In this document: in pieces, positions 37,966 to 50,380 of the stretch
Position numbering within the stretch: position 1 is the stretch's first letter
Layout of the letters: the number at the start of each line of letters is the position of its first letter
DNA from: Octopus bimaculoides
Taxonomy: Eukaryota
Direction of reading: 5' to 3'
DNA length: 64,000 bases
Assembly: GCF_001194135.2 (NCBI RefSeq)
Contig: NC_068989.1
Coordinates: 3,788,789-3,852,788, forward strand
Notes under the pieces: model-generated
Seen by the model: only the letters and a program-made list of their open reading frames with translations
The model's database searches: none
Told to the model about the DNA's origin: nothing
Position numbers and translations under genes: made by a program

Positions 37966-38084
37966 TCTTTTCTACTCTTGGCACATTGCCCGAAATTTAG
38001 GGGGAGTTGGCCAGTCGATTAGATCGATCCCAGTACGCAACTGGTACCTAATTTATCGACGCCAAAACATGAAAGACAAAGTCG
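37966..38084 (-). mobile_element. SINE family A, 3' half, tail type 2
   Basis: TTCTACTCTTGGCACATTGCCCGAAATTT...GATCGATCCCAGTACGCAACTGGTAC. Confidence 0.8.
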
Positions 38085-38373
38085 TTAGCGAATGCAATTG
38101 TTAACGTACCTGTTATTTTTGACGTTGTTGTCGCTGTTGTAGTTGTTATTGCCGTTTCGTTTCTTGTCACTTTTGTTTCTCTTGATTTTTTTAGTTATTG
38201 TTTAATTATTTCACAAACATGACCATCTCATCTTTTACTTATTCCCATTCATGATACGTCTAGTAATACAATTTCTGATGTATCTTGCTTTATGACAGAA
38301 GGATCTGCTTGCTATTTCTAGCAAGGTGATCGACTGTGTAAAGATACCTTGGGCTGCACACTGCTGCTGTTGT

Positions 38374-38691
38374 CCGCGGACAGGATGCCGAATGCACTTT
38401 TGCCGAGGGACAAGAAACCGAAGCCAAGAAGCCGAACGGACACAATGCCGAACGGACATAAAGCGAAACGGAAACAATAATTAAAAGAAAAAATTCCTAC
38501 CTACATAATTTAATGATCAATTCACCAATTTGGCACTTAAGATTTAACGAGATTAAATTTTAATGTTTGTATATCCATCCAGCATCTTGTCCGTTCGGCA
38601 TTGTGTCCGTTCGGCATTGTGTCCGTTCGGCTTCTTGGCTTCGGCTTCTTGTCCTTCGGCAAAAGTCTATTCGGCATCCCCTCCGTGTACC
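38374..38691. mobile_element. Foldback-type MITE with internally repetitive inverted arms
   Basis: Left arm 38383-38459 and right arm 38588-38679 are reverse complements built from 16-bp GCCGAACGGACACAAT subunits; AT-rich spacer; candidate 8-bp TSD GCTGTTGT at 38366-38373 and 38692-38699. Confidence 0.8.
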
Positions 38692-39964
38692 GCTGTTGTT
38701 AATTTTTTTTCGTTCATGACGTTGTCCTAGTTTCTTTTCATTCTGATGACAGGAGGTGGGGATTTGAGGAGAATTTTTAAAGCGACTGGCAAAACAGAGT
38801 CCTTTTCACTTTCTGCTGTTGCTAGTGGCGGTCATGGTGACGATGACGAAGATGAGGATAACGACATTGATTGTAATGTTAAGGATAGTGATGATAGTAG
38901 TGTTGTTTCTGTTCTAATTATTTTATGAATTTACGATTTCAAAAGCAAACAAATAAATTAAATGTAAAAAAAAAATGATAAAAATTAGATAAAAAATTAC
39001 AAGAAGCAGAACACCAAAATTATATAAAAAAAGGTTCATACATGTTTTTTATTGTTTTTGTTGGTTTCTTTATTATGTATTTCATCAAATAATTAATGAT
39101 GGTGAATTATCAAAAAAAAAATGGTTTCAGAAACACCCCTCCACCATCCAGACGCACACTACACACGCAAGCAAAGAACGAGAAAAAGAGAACAAAATAA
39201 GAGTACAATACCCTGTATTATTATTATATGTTTTCTGTCATTTTACTGTTTTTAGTTTTGTTCTTTTGAAGGGGGAATAATTCATTAGAGTACACTGACG
39301 CAGTCCTCCGGATTGCTCTTGGATTTAATCAATGATAATAATAATGTTGTTCTTATTATGTGTTCGCCTTTTTATCATCATTGATGTCGCTAATCGAAGT
39401 CTGTATTGTTATTAAAAAAAAAAAGAAAACAAAACCATTGTTGTTGTTGCTACTGCTGTTGTTGTTGTTGTTGTTGCTGCTGCTGCTGTGACTGTCACTA
39501 TTATTTGAAAAAAAACAACAAAAAAAACATCAATACTTTTGTGACTGCTCGGATTCCTATTGTTTTTTGTTATTGTCGTCATTCATGTTGTTGTTATTAC
39601 TGCAGTTGTTTTCAATATTGTGATTATAGTTGTATCTGGTATCGTGGTTTTTGTTGTTGTTTTTATTTGATCGTTTCGTTGGCTTTTTCAATTTGTCATT
39701 ATAGTTGTTATTGTTGTTGTTGTTGTTGTTCTCCATGTTAAGATTATATGCTATTAGTAATGTTTGTTGTCGATGCAGTTTTTGCCCCGTTAATGATGTT
39801 GATGGTATTAATGCTGTTTTTCAATTTTGGAGTATTGAATTTTCTGATATTAATGTTCTTGTAAGGCGGATTGTATTAGCGGAATTGATATTGTCGGACA
39901 CACACTTTACACGTTATGAGTTCGAATAATACCAAAGGCAAGATTACGTTTCATCATCCTAGGC

Positions 39965-40150
39965 CTGGCACTCGGTCGGTTACGACATCAAGGGTTCCAG
40001 TTGATCCGATCGACGGAACAGTTTGCTCGAAAAGTTAATGTGCAAGTGGCTGAGCATTTCACAGACACGCCTAATCCTAACATAGTTCTCAGGAAGATTG
40101 TGTGTGACACAGGGTGTGACAAGACTGGCCCTTTGAGAAAGAAGTATTAC
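39965..40150 (-). mobile_element. SINE family C 3' tail, joined to an unrelated GC-rich 5' segment
   Basis: Minus strand AAAGGGCCAGTCTTGTCACACCCTGTGTCAC...GCTCAGCCACTTGCACATTAAC...ATCGGATCAACTGGAACCC. Confidence 0.8.
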
Positions 40151-40591
40151 TCGCAGCCGGTCCCGGTTTTTACAGTGGAGGGTACCATCTCGACAGGTCG
40201 GTGAGGTCTTGACGGAATCTGGGGCCCGAATCGAGTGAAGGCTGACTGGAACTGTCCGCCTTCCTGGGTCTGTCACCGAGCACCCGACCGGTACCATTCA
40301 TCGGGGAGCTAAGCTTCCCGNNNNNNNNNNNNNNNNNNNNNNNNNNNNNNNNNNNNNNNNNNNNNNNNNNNNNNNNNNNNNNNNNNNNNNNNNNNNNNNN
40401 NNNNNNNNNNNNNNNNNNNNNNNNNNNNNNNNNNNNNNNNNNNNNNNNNNNNNNNNNNNNNNNNNNNNNNNNNNNNNNNNNNNNNNNNNNNNNNNNNNNN
40501 NNNNNNNNNNNNNNNNNNNNNNNNNNNNNNNNNNNNNNNNNNNNNNNNNNNNNNGTATAGATGTAAGTATGTACATATACGTATGTATATA

Positions 40592-40628
<37 letters not shown>

Positions 40629-40646
40629 TATATATATATATATATA

Positions 40647-40677
<31 letters not shown>

Positions 40678-40682
40678 GTGGC

Positions 40683-40765
40683 ATCGATTCGTTCGACTTA
40701 TTCATCTTCAAGGCGGTGCCCCAGCATGGCTGCCGTCTAATGACGGAAACAAGAAAAGTTAAACG
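40683..40765 (+). mobile_element. SINE family B, 3' end
   Basis: CTTCAAGGCGGTGCCCCAGCATGGCTGCCGTCTAATGACGGAAACAAG matches 55613-55665. Confidence 0.75.
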
Positions 40766-41486
40766 TTAAATACTGGTAAAAGATCTCCAGACACCCATCT
40801 ACACCAAGGAATACACTTTGATATTCCTGGGCTCTGTTCTCTATTTTCTCTTTGGTGCAATAAGAAGTTGATAGTCCGTTGCATTGTTATGTGGATTTAT
40901 TGTGTTGTGATCTGTGTTATTTTAGTGTCGGCCATCTTCGCTGTTATATATTTTACAGCGGCGATTGTGTGGAATAATCATTATACGAGCTTTGCTATTG
41001 AATTGAGGTTCTCTTACATATAATATCTGGCGTACTTACATAGGAAACTAATTTTGGTTTCTGTAATGCAGTAAGCGCCCATATTATGCTCTTGCATTTA
41101 TTTATTGCTTTACTCATTTCCCGAGCGCCATATTTTATTGTTAGCGTCTCCACTCTTATGTCTCACGTCTTCTGTATTTATTGCTTCAAAGTTCTTTTAT
41201 TTTGATAGCTCATCAAGTTGTTTAAGTTCCTTCTTGGCTATGCTTTGATCGTAAAAGATTTAACTATTTATCGTAGGACACCATTTGTGATCAGACATTG
41301 CTTGCAAAATCGTAGTGGCCGCCACTAACATCATATACCAGCGTTTCTAGTATTTCCATTTAACTTTTATCTATTAATTATTTCAGTCACTGGATTGCGG
41401 CCGTGCTAGAGCATCATTTTGGAAAGTTTAGACTAATAAATCTACCTCAGTAGATATGTTTTTTTTCTTTTATGACGTTTTACGCA

Positions 41487-41635
41487 CACGACGGGCTTTC
41501 ACATTGTCTCTGCCTACCATATTCTCTTACAAGGCACTGGTCGGAGAGGGGCTATTGCAGAACACACTCGCTAGCGGTGCCGTGCAGTGGAACGGAACCT
41601 GGCACCACATAATAACCAAGTGAGCTCCTTATCAA
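41487..41635 (-). mobile_element. SINE family B, 5' half, degraded
   Basis: Minus strand CCAGGTTCCGTTCCACTGCACGGCACC...CCGACCAGTGCCTTG...GGTAGGCAGAGAC...GAAAGCCCGTCGTG. Confidence 0.65.
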
Positions 41636-42213
41636 TTTTAATGTACAAATACCCCTATTTTCTCTATGTACAAATACCGCTAACTTTCGCTCTCTCTCCT
41701 CACTTTCTTTCTCCCTCTCTTCTCTCTTTCCTTCTCTCTCTCTCGCTCTCTCTCTCTCTGTCTCTCTCTCTGTGTCTCTCTCTCTCTGTGTCTCTCTCTC
41801 TCTGTCTATCTATCTGTTTCTATTCAGTGGATCTAGCTAACTACTCGGTCGTGTCTCTGCTTATATTCTGTTTGGGAAGACTGGCCATCCGAAAATGATT
41901 TGGCCTCATGATTTTTTCTATTTATTACATCGTCCGTTATTTGGCGTCAGACACTTATTTTTATCATTTTACTTTGTCACTATTATTTTATTTATAATTT
42001 TCTTGATGTTTTTTTTTTCTGGTTCATCTTTGATCATGTGTAGCTAAAATCAGAACGTTCCTTTTTGCTTTTAATCTGTCCAGGAAGAGATTTATCTCTT
42101 CATTTTCTCTTTGATATTATATTTGCAGTTCAAATTTTTAGATGTATTTTTTTTTCAGATTTTCTGTTGTTTTTATGTTCATCTATTTAGACGGTGTAAA
42201 AGCTAACTGTCTA

Positions 42214-42270
<57 letters not shown>

Positions 42271-42845
42271 CATATCATCTCTATCTAATTATTTATCTAT
42301 CACCATGTATCTAAATCTCTCTCTCTCTCTCTCTCTCNNNNNNNNNNNNNNNNNNNNNNNNNNNNNNNNNNNNNNNNNNNNNNNNNNNNNNNNNNNNNNN
42401 NNNNNNNNNNNNNNNNNNNNNNNNNNNNNNNNNNNNNNNNNNNNNNNNNNNNNNNNNNNNNNNNNNNNNNNNNNNNNNNNNNNNNNNNNNNNNNNNNNNN
42501 NNNNNNNNNNNNNNNNNNNNNNNNNNNNNNNNNNNNNNNNNNNNNNNNNNNNNNNNNNNNNNNNNNNNNNNNNNNNNNNNNNNNNNNNNNNNNNNNNNNN
42601 NNNNNNNNNNNNNNNNNNNNNNNNNNNNNNNNNNNNNNNNNNNNNNNNNNNNNNNNNNNNNNNNNNNNNNNNNNNNNNNNNNNNNNNNNNNNNNNNNNNN
42701 NNNNNNNNNNNNNNNNNNNNNNNNNNNNNNNNNNNNNNNNNNNNNNNNNNNNNNNNNNNNNNNNNNNNNNNNNNNNNNNNNNNNNNNNNNNNNNNNNNNN
42801 NNNNNNNNNNNNNNNNNNNNNNNNNNNNNNNNNNNNNNNNNNNNN

Positions 42846-42890
<45 letters not shown>

Positions 42891-43230
42891 CATAGATCTC
42901 TTTCATTGTGTATAATGTTATTCGTTGTTGTTTCGTTTTTACTACTCTCCTGTCTTGCCTCATTAAACTAATCAACGTAGCTTACTCGTTGCTAAATAGT
43001 TTTTCTCCACCAATTCTGCCCAGTCTATCTTGCTTCTCTAATAGATCTCCATTTTATTTTCAACTTTTCACTCTCCTCATGCTCGGCTCAGCTGTATCCT
43101 TCCTGTGTATTGCCTTTAGGATGTGGGGCGGACATGCAGCGAGTAGTTTTCTGACTTGGTGTTTTTTGATTCTCAGTTTCTCAACACTCTTCAGATCCAA
43201 TGCATTATATCGTCTAATAATAATGATGAT

Positions 43231-43231
<1 letters not shown>

Positions 43232-43327
<96 letters not shown>

Positions 43328-43633
43328 AATAAGAAGAAGAAGAAGAAGAAAAAGAAGAATGTTAATAATAATAATAAATAATAATAATGATAATGATAAT
43401 AATAATAATAGTGCACTAATAGTAGTGGTAGTAGTAGGAACAGCAACATTAAAATAGTAGTAGCGGTGATCGTGTTGGTAGTTGATTAATACTAGTTCCT
43501 GTAGTGGTCGTGTGGTGTTGGTAGTGACAGTAATAGTCGTGATAGTGGTGGTTGCAGTAACATCAGCTATATCAGTAGTAGTAGTAGTAGTAGTAGTTGT
43601 AGTAGTAATAGTAGTAGTAGTAGTAGTAGTAGT
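43232..43633. repeat. Compound trinucleotide tract (CTA)n(TAA)n(GAA)n...(TAG)n
   Basis: Directly visible. Confidence 0.9.
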
Positions 43634-44047
43634 AACAGGGAGAACGATAATGAATGGATGAAAATAGTTGTCTTCTTGAAAGTGACAGATGAAACATTGG
43701 AAAGGAAAAACGAAAAACCTGCTTCCAAAACCTAATCTCAAACACCTCAAGCAATCCATGTGAATTTAGAAGAGATAATAAAGAAAAGTCAGCCATGTTT
43801 GAGAAAAGTACAGACTGAAAGAAACAAAACGGATAAAAAGAAAAAGAAACGACAGTATAAGACAGAAAGGGAGACTTTATAACATTCCTGTCAAATACAC
43901 ACACACACACACACACACATACAAAAACATATACATACAAACATACACGCATACATACACATAGCTACCTGTATAAGTAAAAGTGCTGACATTGCTGTGT
44001 GTTTAAGAAACATGTTTTGCTGGATAATGACTTGTATCAGCGCGCCA

Positions 44048-44311
44048 GAATTTGAACTTAGAACGTAAAGACAGACGAAATACCTATTTCTTTACTGCCC
44101 ACAAGGGGCTACACACAGAGGGGACAAACAAGGACAGACAAACGGATTAAGTCGATTATATCGACCCCAGTGCGTAACTGGTACTTAATTTATCGACCCC
44201 GAAAGGATGAAAGCCAAAGTCGACCTCGGCGGAATTTGAACTCAGAACGCAAACGAAATACCGGTAAGCATTTCGCCCGGCATGCTAACGTTTCTGCCAG
44301 CTCGCTGCCTT
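44048..44311 (-). mobile_element. SINE family A, tail type 1, fused at its 3' end to a second head-internal fragment
   Basis: Minus strand ...GTGGGCAGTAAAGAAATA|GGTATTTCGTCTGTCTTTACGTTCTAAGTTCAAATTC; junction at 44084/44085. Confidence 0.9.
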
Positions 44312-44342
44312 GAGCTCAATGAATATATATACATATATATAC

Positions 44343-44373
<31 letters not shown>

Positions 44374-45391
44374 CATATNNNNNNNNNNNNNNNNNNNNNN
44401 NNNNNNNNNNNNNNNNNNNNNNNNNNNNNNNNNNNNNNNNNNNNNNNNNNNNNNNNNNNNNNNNNNNNNNNNNNNNNNNNNNNNNNNNNNNNNNNNNNNN
44501 NNNTATATATATATATATATATGTATATGTATGTGTGTGTATTTATCTGTACACATAAGTACACACACGTACACAAAAATGTTTTTCCTATTCACTCGAG
44601 ATTTAAAATATCATAAACATACATATATGGCGACAATCTTATGTATGTATGTATGTATGCATGCATGTATGTATGTATGTGTGCGTGCGTATGCATGCAT
44701 GTATGTATGTATATATGTACCTATATAAGTATGTATGTTCCTATGTATGCATATACGTATGTACGTATCTATGTATGTATGTATGTAGGTGGGTAGGTAG
44801 GTAGGTAGGTAGGTAGGCAGATTGATATTTAGGTATCTATATAAAATATGTATATATATACATATATATATTATATTACATATTACACGCGCGCACACGC
44901 ACGCACACACACACACACACGCTTATGTATGAACAAAGAAATACAAAAACACAAATCTATGAGTGTAAAACCTCCAAATATGCCAGTGCACGATAGCATC
45001 CAGTACAAACGTTGGAGTTCTGAAAACCATTTACGTGCTTAATTGCAATGCAAATATGTAAAAAGTTATTTTATTTGTTTAAAGATTTGTTAAAATTTAT
45101 TTAAATTTACATTTAAATGGATACCTTGCATCATAATTTCCTGTAAGAACCATTTAGTTAAATTACATTATAAAAACTATCTTAATAATAAATAAGTTAT
45201 TTTATTCTATCACTTGAAATATTTGTTATTTTCAAAATACGGTGAATCATGGGATGCTATTAAACTAGATATCTGTTAGTGAGGGTTTGAAAGACGTGTG
45301 TTGAAAGTTGTGTGTGTGTGTGTGTGTGTGTGATAATACATTCATGCACCCATACAAACACAAATGCATGTATATAAACATACATATATAT

Positions 45392-45540
45392 AAGCGTAGG
45401 AGTGGCTGTGTGGTAAGTAGCTTGCCTACGAACCATATGGTTCCGGGTGCAGTTCCACTGCGTGGCACCTTGGGCGAGTGTTTTCTACTATATCCTCCGG
45501 CCGACCAAAGACTTGTGAGTGGATTTGGTAGACGGAAAAC

Positions 45541-45572
<32 letters not shown>

Positions 45573-45744
45573 GTGTGTGTGTGTGTGTGTGTGTCTGTAT
45601 ATATGTTTGTGTCTGTCTTTGATCCCCGACATCGCTTGACAACCGATACTGGTGTGTTTACGTCCCCGTAACTTTAGCGGTTCGGCAAAAGAAACCGATA
45701 GAATAAGTACTAGGCTTACAAAGAATAAGTCCTGGGGTCGGTTT
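45392..45744 (+). mobile_element. SINE family B, near full length
   Basis: CGTAGGAGTGGCTGTGTGGTAAG head, internal (AT)n(GT)n, then GCTTGACAACCGATACTGGTGTGTTTACGTCCCCGTAAC...AAGAATAAGTCCTGGGGTCG. Confidence 0.9.
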
Positions 45745-45776
<32 letters not shown>

Positions 45777-45789
45777 TAGAGAGAGAGAA

Positions 45790-45863
<74 letters not shown>

Positions 45864-46588
45864 CTGCGTCTGTTTATATGTGTAAAATAGAAGGAAGAAA
45901 GAAAGCAATAAAGAGAGCAAGAGATGAAGTGAGAGTTGAGATCAGTTCAGCTGTTTTACTTTTATTTATGCTTCTGAGATTCGCTCGCAAGATGACGACG
46001 CCTGACTGAATAAGAAGCAAGTTTTTAAATTGAGTTAGTTTGGGAATAGAATATGTGAGTGTTGATGGTCTTCCTTACATTACCTTGTAAGTAATCAGTC
46101 TAATAATGTAATTAGTAAGAGACCAGGGATGATGTTACGGAACGAAATTACTATCGTAACCTCCACGTAAACTGGGGAATTACAGAGATGTAAGATTTTC
46201 CAACTCAAATTCTACACTCGATACAAAGCTAATTACGTGACTGTTGACAGACGTGAATGCTCTGCTATAGAAACGATTATAACGACGAGGTGGGTAGTTA
46301 TTTCACTGCACTTCAAATTGTGCCGTATCAAATTGCTTTACAGTTTGACAACGACTCGAGCATAATGACACTAATTTTCACCTCACTCGAGAGGGTCAAC
46401 AAATGCGCCATCTATGTGGCTATATGTTCGGCTAGAAATAGCAACCAGATCTCATTCAATTCATATCATGTCTTTGTAAAAATAAAAAAGCTTCTTTTTC
46501 TCACGATCTGTAAAATACAAAGTTACTTCCAGAAATTCTGAGACTCCTTCGGCAGAGATATTTCTTCATTTCAGAGAAGTATTAAACC

Positions 46589-46995
46589 CTAATCTCTTTC
46601 AAACTTGGACCCTCTGACTTCAATGCATTTATTGAAGTGCTCCAGCAACTTCAAGACTGTCCGGCGAAGTTCTCCAAAGTGTCCGCGACGCTGGTCACAG
46701 CTTCCTTAATCTTCAAAATAACTTCTCCTCAGGCTCTTTTCTAGTTTGGAAACAGCCAAAAGTCACAAGGAAGCTGTAGGAAGGCTGAAGGACAGTTTTG
46801 ATGCCAATCTCAGTCAAGTAAATGGTTACCAGGATGGAATTGTGGAGCATCGTCCTGGATCAGGTGCCTCCGACGGCAATGGAAGAGCTCTGGTTTTTTA
46901 CAACGAAATCACTTCTTGAATTCGTCTCAAAACCTCCACAAACGACTGCTTCTTGACCACCTGGCTAGAGGAAACCCAGTGGATGTAGGTGTAGA
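46589..46995 (-). mobile_element. mariner transposase C-terminal remnant
   Basis: YIHWV..., IQDDAP (HQDNAP), NSILVTIYLTEIGIKTVLQPSYS..PCDFWLFP (decayed YSPDLAP.D.WLF) and KLLEHFNKCIEVRGSKFERD*. Confidence 0.85.
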
Positions 46996-47856
46996 TATAT
47001 ACAGCACTAAATAATAGTTTTAAGGGCGAGTTTCTTTTATAGATGCAGCAGCCGTTTTAACACCAATTTTAAGGCAGTAAGTATTATGTAAGCAAAGTAG
47101 ACCTAGTAAACGATGATGATTTATAATGAATTTCAACTTTTGAGAGAAACAGACCAAATATTAATTGATTTTTAGGATTTCGAATTATATATCTTTAATA
47201 TATAATATGTTTTTAAGTTTTGATATTTGATAGTTAAGTAGAAAATGATATTGTAGATTGGAATTGATGTTTACCTTATCTCTCCACATCAATTTCTATA
47301 ATGTACATGCATTAATACAATTATAACTTCTACATAAACTAATGTTATTTTATAAAATATTAAAAGGTTATAATTATGGGTAACATGTATAATTTAAAAA
47401 GTTAGAAAAACTGAAATGAAGCTAATGGTGGAATAGTTTTGATGATGAAAAGGGATTTCAAGAATAATGGAAAATTATATACGGTGAGTTAAATGATGTA
47501 AAAGGTAAATAATTTAAGCATAAAAAGTAAAAATATAATTATAGCAATAATATAAATTATATGATATAGAAGTAGTGATCCAAAATGTGAATATTATGCA
47601 CGGGATGATGTACTGCTATGAGATTATAAGTGGGTGATTACACCTATAACAATATGCTTCTACCTCATTCACCTTTAACGAACGAAGTCGCAATCAGAAG
47701 GAATTTATCATAAAAAATCTATGGATGATTTAGCGGAATGTTAATGCGTATTTAATTCTTCCAGCAACGCCTGATGAATTCCAATTCCAGCTGTTTATAT
47801 TACTTTTTTTGTATACACATTACCATTCCGATAAATCATCCATAGGTTTTCATGGT

Positions 47857-48594
47857 AAGTACATACCCAGTTTCATCCAGGATGACATCGACTTACTGTC
47901 ACATTTTCCCAAAACAACTGAAACAAATTCACTTTTACTTAGTTTTGATGTGGTAAGCCTTTACACCAATATTTCACATGATTTAGAAATAAAAGAGATT
48001 AGATACTGGGTAGAAAAACATAGAGAAGTGACCCCAACAGACTCACAGTACCATTTATATTAGACACAGTCAAACTTATTCTGGAAAACAACACATTCTT
48101 CTTCAATGGAAAAAATTTAATCCAAATTAAAGGCACGGCGATAGGAACGAGGTTTGCCCCCGTTTATGCGAACTGAATTGGGATATCTAGAACAACAACT
48201 CTACCAAGAAGTAGAGGAAAACTATAGCACTGAATTTAGAAATTATATTGAAAAGGCATGGAAGAGATACCTTGCCGATTGTTTCATAATATTGTCAGAA
48301 GCTGTAAATAATCTGGAAGAGTTCAATATCCTCCTGAACAACCTATCCTCATCTCTCCAATTTACAAAGGAGATGAGTAGTACCAAATTACCATTCCTAG
48401 ATATAATGGTAATTAAAAACGACACCACCATTACCACAGATATATACTACAAACACACGGACACACATCAATACCTGAATCATAAGTCGTGCCATTCACC
48501 ACATTCAAAACGCAACATCCCATACTACCCAGCCAGAAGTGTTTGTACCATTGTAGAAGATGCAAATATCAGGAACAGGCATTTCCTGAACGTC
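47857..48594 (+). mobile_element. Penelope-like element reverse transcriptase core, decayed
   Basis: IPSFIQD...LLSFDVVSLYTNI; QIKGTAIGTRFAP; KRYLADCF (decayed RYLDD); LPFLDI; TDIYYKHTDTHQYL..KSCHSPHSKRNIPY, the PLE RT and thumb signature, with frameshifts. Confidence 0.9.
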
Positions 48595-48628
48595 TGAGCT
48601 TTCCTGCAAGTGTTTCGAGTACTTTTTG

Positions 48629-48959
48629 CCATTAAAAAACTGGGTTATCTCCCCACTAAAAAGTTGAGTTTATGTGGCGACAAAAGATTGGATTAAAAGA
48701 GTTAGAAGATCCTTTTGACTCAATACTTCAACACATTGTTAAGTTTTGGCCCCCTCAATAGACATGGTATGATTTGTTATAAAAATACTTAATCTTTTCA
48801 GGTTTCCTTTTTATTATTTTTTTCTGTTTTCATGTTTATTATTTTTTTCATTTTTTTCTTTTTTTTTATTGAGGTTAAACAATTTTTTTAGTTGGGGGAG
48901 ATAACCAACAGTACCGATATTTTTCATAAAACTGGGGAGATAACCCAATTTTTTAATGG
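48629..48959. mobile_element. MITE-like element with 27-bp inverted repeats
   Basis: CCATTAAAAAACTGGGTTATCTCCCCA (48629-48655) and TGGGGAGATAACCCAATTTTTTAATGG (48933-48959) match at 26/27; extra partial copy at 48893-48906; no clear TSD. Confidence 0.7.
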
Positions 48960-49417
48960 GGTTGTGATAAACAACAATTACTTGTTTCAACACTAAGTAA
49001 CCACGACGGTTTTTATCCTAATATACATAGAATAAATATCATCTCCTTCTTTCCATTATTGTGAACACCGATGACGTGGGCTATAACTTAAAATAGAAGA
49101 TATCAACCTTCACATTTCTGTTAGTTTGTAATATCTATTATTAAATAAACCTGTCAACTTAGCAGAGCTGAAAGTTTTGAAAACTTATGGAAAAAACACT
49201 CCTTCTTAACCTATAATCGGAACAGGCATCATCATGTCTACATAAAATATTTAAATATTTTAGACATTTTGATATCCAATAACAGACAAATTCATCAACG
49301 GTGTAGTTATATATAAACGGCAAACTGTTAAATTATTTTAACTTCTGTCAGCTTGGTTTGCCAATCACTGTCATTTCCGTTAATACCCAGACTGTTACGA
49401 ATACTTATGCATACATG

Positions 49418-49488
<71 letters not shown>

Positions 49489-50086
49489 CTCTGCTTATCT
49501 ATTTATCAATCTACGCACACACACACACACACACACAAGCACACATACACACACATACACGCATATATCTTTGGGAGACTCTATTTGTTTCCTTGTGTTT
49601 ATTATCTTGGTTAATAATAAATTGGGTGAGTTATATTAGCTAGTATTCGCAATAAGCAGAGCATATGTTTGTATCTTATATTTTTCATTATACTTTTGGA
49701 GTTCTTTTCCACTTGTATACCAACAATTCTTTTGAGGTTCAACGTTTCAATTATCCATCAACGTTAGACATTGTGCTTACTGGATTAAAAAAAAAACAAA
49801 AAAAACACTCACATTCCAATGTACAATTGGTATAACAACGCTATTTCGATTTAACGGCAGTGCCTACATACTTGCTTGTATGAACAGACAATAACAATTG
49901 CCACGTAGCGTGATTGTTTATTTGTCAATACGCGTCGTCTGGTAAGGAGTTGCAAAAAAAAGAATTTAATTTCAAATAAATACAAAAATTGACACAGTTA
50001 CGTTGTCCCACACGTAAGTGGAGGGTGGTTTTTGTGTGGGTGTTTGAGTGTGTATGTATGAGGGTGCTATAGTTGATAAACATAAA

Positions 50087-50380
50087 GGCACGTGGCTTAG
50101 TGGTTAGAGTATCGGCTTCGCGTGAGTTCGATTCCCGGTGGCGCGGTGTTTTTTTAACATAACACTTTATTTCATGTTGCTCCAGTCCACTCAACTGACA
50201 AAACTGAGCAACCTCAGTATTTGAAAAGAGCCAGATTTTCCACACTCTGTGTCACGCTGAATCACTCTGAGAACTACGTCAAGAGTGTGCGTATCTGTGG
50301 AGCTCTTAGCCACTTGCACACGAATCTTAGGAGCAGGCTTTTCCGTTCACCGTATCAGATGGAACCCTCGTTGTCGTGAA
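50087..50380 (+). mobile_element. SINE family C, near full length
   Basis: A-box TGGCTTAGTGG, B-box GAGTTCGATTCCC, body ACACTTTATTTCATGTTGCTCCAGTCCACTCAACTG, tail GGAACCCTCGTTGTCGT. Confidence 0.88.

Noticed and set aside
40151-40320. HDV-like ribozyme in the GC-rich segment
   Set aside because: Could not place the L3 motif, the P1.1 GG and P2 consistently on either strand by eye.
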